From Nymphaea colorata (Eukaryota), in assembly GCF_008831285.2 (NCBI RefSeq), contig NC_045138.2, positions 14,198,001-14,262,000 on the forward strand: 64,000 nucleotides of DNA, in the 5' to 3' direction. Below, in pieces: positions 13,812 through 24,900 of this stretch. The first letter of the stretch is position 1. The number at the start of each line of letters is the position of its first letter. The notes under the pieces were generated by a model. The model saw only the letters and a list, made by a program, of their open reading frames with translations, was not told the DNA's origin and ran no database searches. The position numbers and the translations under genes were made by a program.

Positions 13812-14412
13812 TAGGGCTGTAAATGGGTTGAGTAACTCTAGATTCGGCTCATATAATCTCAGTTGGAGCTCAATTTGTGTATTAAATGAGGTGAAGTCGA
13901 GCTTATAAGTGAATTGATCTAGTTAAATGAGTAGAGCTGGACCTAGGTAGGCTCGATCTCCTCATTTAAACTTAGCTTATAAGTGAATTGATCTAGTGAA
14001 ACGAGTAGAGCTGGACCTAGGTAGGCTCGATCCCCTCATTTAAACTTAGCTTGTAAGTGAATTGATCTAGTGAAACGAGTAGAGCTGGACCTAGGTAGGC
14101 TCGATCCCCTCATTTAAACTTAGCTTGTAAGTGAATTGATCTAGTGAAACGAGTAGAGCTGGACCTAGGTAGGCTCGATCCCCTTCATTTAAACTTAATT
14201 AAGTTTGACTAAGCTCACTGAATGTGCATAAATAGAAATGCCCCTTTGGTTTTTCAGAAACAGATTTTGTTGGTTTCTAAGTCATGTATTATGTGTGTGT
14301 GTGCGCGCAATTAAGCTTTCTTAAGCACAAGCCAACATTGAGGTGGAGCAAGAACTGCTAGGACTCGAGCCCAAGCTCGCGCTGACTCGAACTCTGCTTG
14401 CGAACAGCCCTA
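13812..14412. mobile_element. hAT-type MITE upstream of HISN3
   Basis: Termini TAGGGCTGT...ACAGCCCTA, 8-bp flanks AGTAGGCC / AGTGGGCG (6/8 match), GAGCT/CTCGA subterminal motifs. Confidence 0.78.
13900..14197. repeat. Tandem array, 4 x 74 bp, inside the MITE
   Basis: Units start at 13900, 13974, 14048 and 14122 (AGCTT(A/G)TAAGTGAATTGATCTAGT...CATTTAAACTT), nearly identical and with no spacers. Confidence 0.95.
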
Positions 14413-15893
14413 AGTGGGCGCGTGCAACTTTGATTCACCTTGACTCGGCGAAGGCGACTCGATTTGCATTAAAAAGAAAAAGACTTTCTTACCCTCCCTA
14501 GATCCTGGGTGCAGTAAACAACCACATCCAGATGACATGAATCTGCAGCACAAAGCCAAAAGGAAAGAAAAAAAGAGATGAGGGAGCAGCAAGAAAGCTC
14601 CCCCATGGGACCTCAGAAAGGAAAAGCATCATGTGATGAGATAAGATAAAAAGATGGATTATAAGAAAGGAATGTTGAAGGCCACCAGAGGCCCAGAAAT
14701 GGCTGACAATGCTTGAGCTCTGCTTGGCCTGGACTGTAGCTACTGGACCTTTCTGTAAAGGGAATTGGGCTCAACCTAAAGTGCATCCCCCACATGATCC
14801 TGTGACCAAGTCTATAATGCCACAGCCTCATACTCCTCACTTGCAGAATCTTGGTGTGGGTCACATGGCAAGATACAAACACTGATTCTCCCATCTTATT
14901 CAGAAAACATACATATCGATTATAAAACTTTAAGAACAAAAGAACTTTTATAGGAAATGCAACTTCTTGAACGTTAAATTCATGAACTTATCGTGATATT
15001 TTCAACAAGTGGCCTATTCCCAACAGATTTTCAGGATTTACTTAGCTTTCAAGTTTCCTTCTGCTAGTGAATCCAAGGTTCTGGGAAGATGATATTGTGT
15101 TCTTTTCACGGTGGATGCTCCCAGAGAATCAAAGATTCGTCGCTTTTTAGGAGATTCCTGATTTTTTGCTGCAGGATAACCACAGGAAGATGGTGCTGCA
15201 GAGAATCATGCAAAGCAGTTCTGGGTTTTCGATTGGGACGATCTTTATCCTGGGATATTTTGAAACGGTGGGATAAAAACGGGATATTTGCAGAACCCAT
15301 CTCGTTTTTTCTGGAGTCCGATCAACTTTTGACTTCAGACAAGGAAGGTGTCTCGGGGCCGATTATCAAATCAAATTCAAATCTGAACTTTGGATCCGAA
15401 TGATGATCTAAGCGTGCAAGTTTTTTCATAGTAGGTTGATACATCTGCTCTTGCTGATGTTAATATCGTGTTTAACGTTAATATCCATTTCTCAAACCGT
15501 AGGCTCAACCTGACATTTGAGTGGTAAGAATGACATTAGGGAATTATCTTTTAAGCTCTATATAATTAAGAAAATGTGTATTTTTAGTATTAAACTATAT
15601 TAAAAAAACCACTAAAAGTTCATGTCATGGATTGTCTGATGTATCGCTTGTACTGTTGTTGTATTCTTGGGACCTACTTGGATTTTTGAAGGACAACAAT
15701 TGGCATTTATTTACCTGACCTTTTCAGTAGTGGTATGTCTTGTAGCTCATACTTAGCCCACTAGCTAGTTCCAAATATGATGTATCTCGTGAGGTCATGC
15801 AAATTTCATTTTTTTTGCAAATATTCACCAAGAACAAAAGCAAACACGTCATTCCAATGAAATTCATGCAAAGCTAAACCAAGGGCCGTCAGG

Positions 15894-16556
15894 TAAAGGA
15901 AACAATTTAGTGTAGTTAGTACTGTAGAAATATTATGTGAGTGCTCTATAAATCTACCAAAGTAGACAGATTTATGGGACACTCACAAAGTATCTCTGCT
16001 ACCAAACAACCTTTAAATGTCTCAATTGGATAAGTAAAATGTCCATTAAATCTTGAGGTTCAAAGCGAGGCACTTGTGATGCAACTGGATTTGCCGTTAG
16101 ATAAAGGAAACAATTTAGTACATTCATGAACCAGTGGCAAACAAACAGTTACTATTGTAGAAATCTTATGTGAGCGTTCAATGAATATGCCGAGGCAGAG
16201 CAAACAGATTCATGGGACACTCATGAAACATATCTGCTACCAAACAGCCCCTAAATGTCATAATTGGATGAGTAAGATGTCCATAAATCTTCAATTTCAA
16301 AGTGAGGCACTTGGGATGCAACTGGATTTGCCGTTAGATAAAGGAAACAATTTAGTACATTCATGAACCAGTTGCAAACAAACAGTTACTGTTGTAGAAA
16401 TATTATGTGAGCGTTCTATGAATCTGGCGGAGCATACAGATTCATGACGAAGTGTCTCTGCTACCAAACAGCCCCTAAATGTCTTAGTTGGATGAGTAAA
16501 ATGTCCATTAAATCTTCAATTTCAGAGCGAGGCATTTGGGATGCAAATGGATTTGA
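15894..16556. repeat. Diverged tandem triplication, units ~208-237 bp
   Basis: TAAAGGAAACAATTTAGT recurs at 15894, 16102 and 16339; TCTGCTACCAAACA..TAAATGTC occurs in each unit. Confidence 0.9.
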
Positions 16557-17055
16557 TCCAAGACGTCCAATTCCAAATGCATTTAATGAGCAGGAAAATG
16601 GAAACGGTATAAGAATGAGCCGGTCCGGTCCTTTCCAAAGAACCTACTGCAAATTTATGGGAGCATAATGAATGGCTTCCAGCAGATCCAAACTGTCTGG
16701 TGGGGGTCCAGATGATTCCCGTGCCCTTGCAAATCAGAGGTTGCCCATTCTTTTGGTCTCATTTGGCACCGAAAGAAGACGCGGATTCTTCTAATCTCTC
16801 TCTTTCTCTCTTTTGAATTAATTATGCTAACAAAGATAAGTGCGGATGGGACAAAAAAATGCGTGGAAAGGTCACAAAAAGAAAAGACTGAATTCAAAAG
16901 GCAATTAACCACCACCTGCAACTGTGCTGAATCCTTTACTTGGACCTTGACTACACTTTATAAGCTTTACTTACTGTTCACCAATAAGCGATGTAATCAA
17001 TCTGAATGCATGAATTGTATAATAAAATCGTTGGTTGTGTTCTGTTTCCATGCAT

Positions 17056-17185
17056 GCACAAGATCATATAATTTTAGCGCTTTTAGACAACGTATATATG
17101 TTTATAAGCACAAGATCATATAATTTTAGCGCTTTTAGACAACGTATATATGTTTATAAGCACAAGATCGTATATATGTTTATGA
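17056..17185. repeat. 52-bp tandem duplication plus an internally deleted third copy
   Basis: GCACAAGATC starts at 17056, 17108 and 17160. Confidence 0.93.
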
Positions 17186-18741
17186 AACATGCACCTTCTA
17201 TGTCTGCAAAGTTTAAGACGTTGAAAATAACTTTGATTTTCCTCGTCAACGAAATATCTAGCATATCGTTTTGAGAGTGACACTGCATGGGCACATTGTA
17301 GTAGGTACGCGACCATAATGTCAATAATTAACGTGGAAAGAGACAGCTCAAGAATGTAAGATCTAGATCCATCTTTTATCTTGATTTCACATGAAATTAC
17401 GTGAAAACGAGCACTTGAGAAAATCCACTGATGCCATACAGCTATACGTTTGAAAAAATAAGTAGCAATAGTGCCATTCGATGCACATATCCTGAAATTA
17501 GTTACGATAATTACGCAAGAAATGTCGCAATTAATACCATCACAAGATATATTGGTAGCGACGGACCTTGACGGGGCTCGAACTTGTGATGTACCATGAA
17601 CTTAATAACTTTTTATGAATTGAATCTGCCCGTTAATGATATTCCTTCGACTATAAGGTACCTACTAACTGCCACCTAAATCCTGACTACTGGACCATTC
17701 CATCTATTTCTGTCATTATTAAGTAATAAAGTAAATTAATATTTCATAAAAAGCGAGAGAGACACCGTCGTCAAAGTTGTTAATTCGTAAAAGTCCAGAT
17801 CGTCCATGCTGGTGATTGGCAACATAAATACTAAAAGTATTTCATGAATCTATCTCAATCTTTGAGACAAATTCAAAAAATATTAATATGTGCCGCTATA
17901 TGGAACATTGGCCTATCCAAATTAAATTTATTAGATAGAGCCGAATTGAATTAGAGGATCCGAAGCCAGATCGAAATTTATGTAAGTATTGTCCACATGA
18001 ATCTCACCAAACTCCAGAAACCTCAAACCACATCCAAAAAATCCAGGAAAAAGTTGTTGTGCCTTTTTATGAATACAAAGCAGATCACATTTGAAATTTC
18101 CATGCTTCAAGTTTGGATCCGAGCTGGCGTGGGGCTAGTTGATGTGGCGCAGGCTGAGGCCGCTGACCAATGGCTCAGAGCTTTTCCGAATATTGAATTG
18201 TCTCAAATCAAATCAGATCCGCGAGAAGATCCTCAAGAAAAAGGCGACAAAAGAAATCGGAGTCGGATATGGGTCAGTTAGAAACGGATCCAGATTCAAC
18301 TATCGACCTAATGTACGTTGTCATAAAAAATTCATATCCAAATACTTTTTGTTTCGCAGTGGTTATGTTTGGGGTCCCAACTTTCCCACCAAATCCAACT
18401 ACTATGCTGCATAGTCTGATCTGACTGATATCCAACCCGTTGGCATCTCTATTTCCTTCAAAAGATCACAAGAGGAAAGGGTAAAATCCACGAAAAGTAA
18501 TGTAAAGTCTTCATAGATCAAACTTGTACCGCTATTGTCTTGAATTTTACTCCAACATCTTGAGTAACAACCGAATCAGTTTACCCACCTTGCTAACTAA
18601 GAGCCAGATGTAGAACCTTCAAGTTGAAAAAATGTCAAGAAATCGACATCTAAAGCCTACTTTCTAAGCATATCTAGTTGAAACCAGTGTAACCCTAACT
18701 TAATTTAAATCAAAGATACACAATCAATCCAGTATATAGTT

Positions 18742-18960
18742 TAAGTTGTGTTTGATAGTATCAAAACTAAGATATGAGACTACATAAAAAGGTGTGTTTC
18801 GAGATATCAGCAAAATCTGTAGCGTGTTTCGAGAGATCAGCAAAATGGTTAAAAACCATGAATTTAGGTTGAATTGTGGTTGGAAAAAGGAATCGGTGGT
18901 TTGCCTTTAAACCCTTCAAACAGCGGATTTCAGATTTGTGGTGAAACAAACACAACCTTA
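18742..18960. mobile_element. Tourist-like (PIF/Harbinger) MITE
   Basis: TAA-GTTGTGTTTG ... CAAACACAACC-TTA: short TIRs bounded by TAA/TTA. Confidence 0.6.
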
Positions 18961-21793
18961 GATATCTTATCCAACCTCAATTTTGCTGGATTTGATATTG
19001 AAACTTCACCGCCGCATAGTATCTGGATCCGAGCCTGCGTATTGTTTGGACCAGATTATAGCGATAAATAATTAGTACTGCATTGGACCCGAATCTGAGC
19101 CGTTTATTTGAGGTCCATTCCGGGGCGACAGGTAAAACCAAGTCCATACCCGACAGCTTTCCGACCTCGGAATGGACCGAACCCTTTACCTTTGCTCCGG
19201 TTTCTGTTGTGGGTCCCACGACGACGTGGCGGCCACGTCACAGTACAGCTTTTCACCCATGTTAGGCACGTGGGATCTACGTGGATTCCCGTCAGCTGCC
19301 GTCAGTGGAGTTGACGCCCTCGGAACCGACGCTGTCAGTCGCCGGCGGTTGGCGGTCCGGTGCGTTACGGCACGGAACTCGTTCTAAGGGAAAAGGACGC
19401 TTTTGCCCCGGGATGGGTCGCGTTTGGCTGCGGAATAAAAATCCCCCGAAGACAAATAACGGCACGGAAGCCGGGGGCCAACGTCGGAGTGAAAATACCG
19501 ATGAGTGCCTAAACAAATTGGAAAATGCCCGGATTCTCTACATGGAATTTATAGGGGTAGAGTCAGGAGAACACGTTTTGTGGTTGTCGATGGATCGGGT
19601 CGGTGGTCCGATCTACCTTACCTGGATCCCAACAAACGCCAAGTTCGCGCTTGGCAGGATAGCCGCATGGGAATGTCAACAGGTTGGATTTTTTTGTCCA
19701 ACAACCCAACCGGGTCTGCTCTGCAACTAGTTGGATTAGGTAAAGAAAATTAAGCCTTGTGCCTAAGCTTATGAAAATTACGTACAAACTACCTTATAAA
19801 GTCAAGCATATGTTCACATCTCGTCAAACGCGACTAGCTTCAAAAAAAGTGCAGTTGTTCTTGCACATATTTATTGTGGATCAAAATTTATGTCCAAAAT
19901 CTATAGCCAATATATTGTCTAATTACATCATTTGTGCGATTAATTAGTCTTTTTTTTCATGAGGAAATATCAAAATGTAAGATTCAGTCGTTTTCCTAGT
20001 GCCATAAAACGTAAATCTTCAATCACATAAAATTATATGCTTGTATAGAAGTTAACTAGCAGAGTCACTGGCAGGCTAGTGTAGGTAGTTGACCATATAT
20101 ACCTACATAACTTAGTTTGCTATGTGTTGTAACTATTGTTGCCATATAGTATCATACTATGTATTTAAAAGGGGGGTGTTTGGTAACAGGAATTTTAAAA
20201 GGGTATTTTGTAAATCTGTCATATAGATTCGGTAGTATTCATGAAACACAATGTTATAATATTCCATGAAATACTATGATATCAAACCCATTGTATCAAT
20301 GAAATATACACTTTTTATGAACTGTTAAGCTAATGTCCATTAGACACTTAGTAGATTAGGTAAGTAATGTGCCCAAGTATTGAATCCTTGACTTCTTTCA
20401 ACTTAAAGGCTTTTAAGCCTAACTCCGCTACTTAGTTAGGTAGGCAGACTCGACTCCAATATACTTAGATGCCCTTTTGAAATGCTCATCATAAGGACCA
20501 ATGCCATACTTAGGAAATAACTTGGATTCCAGTAATCCAGCTACATTGGAAATGGGATCTTGACGGAATTTGATGAATAAAAGAAAAAGAAAAATGGTAT
20601 CAGATGCCAAATGCTATTTACTTCTTTTGGTGTTCAATTGAATGCTATAAAGAGATTCCCACTTTTAATAATAAGCATTGATGGAAGCTACAGCATATAG
20701 TAAGAACAAATTAATTTTGAATTCGAGTTGTTTAGGCTTTTGTGTTAAAGGAGGCCAACTATTCAACCTGATCTGGTAGAAGTCTACCAAACTGCAGCTT
20801 ATGGGATACCAAGAAAGAACTTCTATATTTTGAAAGTGCCATTTATATTATGATTGATGATTGGATGAATAATAGACTAATACATCATACACATGATAAA
20901 GCCAAAAAAAAAAAAAAGTGCTTTGATGTGCAGCATCCGAACTCAATTATCATAACTTATGACTTTAATGATCGTGAATTTAGATTTATGACATACAAGA
21001 TGTGAAATGATTTCCCATTTTGAATCCTAAGTCTATCAAACACCACCTTGTATGAGATGGGTTCCATAGCTTCGGATTTGATAGCTTCGGATTTGAGATC
21101 CTCAAGATTTGACGACTGTGAATTTACGATCAGGTCCTCCACACAAAAAAAGTAAAATAAGAACCTTGAACGTTAGGTGTGACATAATATGGTGAATTTG
21201 ATAAACCATAGATGTTTCGCCACCTCAGTAAAAATTTATCTCATCACATCACGTCATTAGATCCGTCCATTTCAAGTTGGAGTAATGTAACAGCCCTTTA
21301 AAATGTGAATTCTTGTCATTTCAGTGACGGAGCGGTACAACGTGGCTTTTGCTTGCGAGCCACGTGAAAGTTGAAACAGTTATTTTTTGGCGTTCTATAC
21401 GTTTGAATGTCACAAGAAAAAACGGAAAATTTTGTCTAATTTCTTGACTGAAGTGAAATGCCGCGTTTCCGGGACCCAACGTTCCGGTACAATGAAACGG
21501 CCTCACAACGTGTCGGGAACAGCTCTGGAACGCTTGGACCAAGGACAGTGAAGTTCCCTACTATATTTAACATGAAAATGACGATGTTGCCCTCGGATGT
21601 GGGGAAAATCGAGCGTCCACTGAACGGGTTACTCGTTCCTCGATGCGCGAGGACATTAAGGTCATTATGCCGTTATCCGGTGATTACAAGGCAAATGGGA
21701 GGCGAGGGGGCGGTGGGGAAATGAATCGGCGATATGAAGAACCGTTATCCGAAAGTGACACGTCCGGAAAGCGCCGCTCCCGCTGTGCGTTTC

Positions 21794-21800
21794 TATAAAA
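21794..21800 (+). promoter_or_regulatory. TATA box of the glucanase distal promoter
   Basis: CTATAAAA in a GC-rich context, followed by a pyrimidine-rich leader and the ATG at 21915. Confidence 0.7.
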
Positions 21801-21914
21801 CTAGAGCCCATCCGTCCTTCCCCATTCCCCTCCCTTCCCTCCTCCTCCCCCCCGTCTCCACCTTTCGGTCGATTTGGGCTCGTCCTTCCTCCCCCACCGC
21901 TTCCACTTTCTCCC

Positions 21915-24900
21915 ATGGAACTTGCAACGCGCCTCCGCGACTACTGCATCTGCGTCGTGCTACTCGGTGCGCTCTCGCCTCTTCCTCTCTCACTTTCTCT
22001 TTCTGAGATTGGTTCACTTGTGAGTAGTTGCGATCTGTGCAGGAGAAATGGAGAAAATTTTGAATGAGCAGTAGTTAAACGCATTGATATTCTTTTGTTT
22101 TGTTCTTTTGCTGTTTGTTTCGGTTTTGAAATCCGAAGAGAGGGAAAAGAAACGAAGTACCTGATTTTATCTTTTTATCTTCTTCTTCTTTTTTTTTTTT
22201 TACATCGTTTGGCTTTGTCTGGCCTCTGGATAGGCAGAACACGTGAAGGAGTCGTGAATTTCTGGAAAAGAGATGGCAAAGATTAACATTTTCATGATTT
22301 TTGTGTGCGGAAGATGGAAGAAATGAAGATTTCGTGAAGCGCATGAATGAAATTGAGGCGTCTGTTTTGATATACGAGTTGAAATGATGTCCTGTTTCGA
22401 TCTTGGAGTTAATGTGCGGCTAAAACAGTAGAAAGTCGGAGAGAGGTTATGTTTTTCCGGCCGAATGGTGTTCCCTTCCCTGTGCGATTTTTGGTCCAAA
22501 GGGAAGAGATTTCCGTCTTCGCGATAATTCTGTACGGCTCATTTTCGGGATCTGAAGTGAACGGGGGTAAGAGTTGAGTAATTGTGAAACCGGGAATCAG
22601 AGAGCAATAAATGAGTGGAAGTGAGGTGATTAGTTTATTTCAAATCGTTTTCCGATGCCTTTTTGGTGAATTGAATACGGAAACTTTGATCCGTGAGAAG
22701 AATGATTTTCTTTATTCGATTCTTAGTATAATATTTTTCTAAGAAATTTTAATTAATTCTCCGGAGCAAAGGCTAGTCTTCTGGAGTTTTATGTCTGTGG
22801 AGCCAGAGCTTGAGGCTTATTCCGGGAATTTAAGCAGGCCGGATGTCATGTCCTCAAAAAATGACGGGAGGAAGGCAATTGCGAGAATTTAGATTGTAGA
22901 AAATTTTGAGCATTTGTGACAATCTCGACACCTTTTGTCTAAAATATACTTATTTTTCTTGATTTTAAATGAGCAGAAAGAGGAATTTCAAATTTCCGGA
23001 AGGCTAGGAAATTGCAGAGAAAGGTTCCTCAGAAATCCACTAATTTTCTCGGCCTTATATTTCGAAAATCAGGACGAGTTTTAGAAGAATGAAGAGGTTA
23101 CTAAATTTAAAATAAATGAATTTCTTTGTGCGAAAAAGAGTTGCGGGAATTTCACCTGTCTGAAGGTTCTTCATAACAGGAAAATTGTGGTACACGAAAA
23201 GACCTTGGTTTTTGTTTGTCGAGTAGATCCAAAAAATCAAGAGACTGTACTATTATAGTTTTTTTTTATATGGCCTTCGCTTGGTGGTACATTTATTTAT
23301 TTGTTTGTTATTTTTCATGATTTCATTTGCGTGGTTTGAAGCTAGCTTCATTCCAGTTGCGTCTAAAAATTCACGTTCTCATTGCTAGTGTGCACTACCA
23401 GATTCATTTACAATTTTCATTATTAACGAGGCCTTTCGGTCATATACGTCATTCGTTTGTCTAAAAAATTATTCAACTTTAGAACGTCCAAACGCGGATT
23501 TGGAACTGTCCTCACTAGTTCTGACAGATGTCCTGGTGTACGTCACACATCATATTTTTGTCTAAACAGCACCTAAATATGGCATTTACATCTTTGTACA
23601 GGCTGTTTTGTGAAATTTTGGAATTTATTCTACTTTACTCAATAGTATGTGTATGGTTCAGAAGATTGATGGCGAGAATAAAGAGCCATTGAATATTGTG
23701 TACTTATAGTGACAGATAGCCACAATGTACACAAGTAGCCCCTCTAAACAAACATAAGGGTGAAGAGGTTCGTAGTTACACGTAGCTGCGGCCACCTTTC
23801 TAACTTGTTTTCTCACTGGCTTTTTGTTTTTTCTCCCTTTCCTGGTCAAGGGCGTCACTTTTTCTATAAGTATCGGGGCTAGCAGCTAAGCGTTATGGTT
23901 TTGATTTGCTATTGACACATGACGCTTATTGTGCAAAGTTTCACCTAGCTGTGGGGACTAGTGACACTTTGGGGTTTGAAGTAGATGTAACCTACAAGGC
24001 ATCTTGATGCATTTAGAAACCTTTGCCTTGAGAACAAGGATCTCATAGCTAATGGTATCGAATATTGCTTTAACTTTTCCTTATAATAACGTCAATCATA
24101 CCAACCTTTAAATTGGTCATTCTTAATCTTGATGTTCGTCACTGGGGCGTTATTTTGTGATTCCTAATCATGCATCTTGTGTCGAGATCGTCATCTGGCA
24201 TGCCTTTTTCAATTGAAGGATTCTATTGTGATGGCACTTGGGCCCACGGCGGGGACATGAGCAGCCATGGCTATACAGCAACATGGCCGACACTAGGATA
24301 GATATGGAAAACGATACTTCGAGATGATGGTGCATATGACAATGTTGCTTTATGTGATCACATGGATAATGCTAGTCTAGTTATGGTATTATATGGGTTT
24401 ATAGTACTATTAAATATGACACCGCAAGTCTAAAGGTCCTGTGTAAGAATGTCTTGTGGACCGTTGTTACTTTTTGCTTATTGATTCCGGGCTCTTTGTG
24501 AGGGACTTTATTAGTGATGTCATGTGCTTATCCCCTACACGATCTGGTTGAGCTTCTGTTTCTGGTGCCGTTAATTAGTGAATATAGTATTAGGAGCCAC
24601 CACAGAGTCAGTTGCAAGACAAGACTTGCAAAATTTGAACCCATTTGATATATTATTTCGTTTCCCCAACTTAACGACCCTAAGGTTGACACTACATTAC
24701 CTACGTGTAGGAGAGCAGGTTGGTTTTAAATTTGTTCGGTATGTGATATTATATCTCAACCAAATCCGCTGGTCGATGCAACCAATCAACTTTAAAAAGT
24801 GGTCGAGTTGGCTTATATTGTGGTTAAAGATCTCACCATCGAAGATGGTAGGTGCTGAGCGTCATAAAGTCTTTTGGGGTTCCAGTTCCATGTCCCCTGC

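Noticed and set aside
13900..14197. CRISPR-like regular repeat
   Set aside because: Head-to-tail identical units with no unique spacers, no cas genes, a eukaryotic context, and a position inside a MITE.
14633..14707. C/D-box snoRNA-like TGATGA...CTGA spacing
   Set aside because: Negligible terminal stem and no rRNA-complementary guide that I can recognise; such motifs occur by chance.
15066..15140. Hairpin that might be a pre-miRNA
   Set aside because: Only short interrupted stems (GAATC/GATTC, CTGGGA/TCCCAG) and no known mature sequence.
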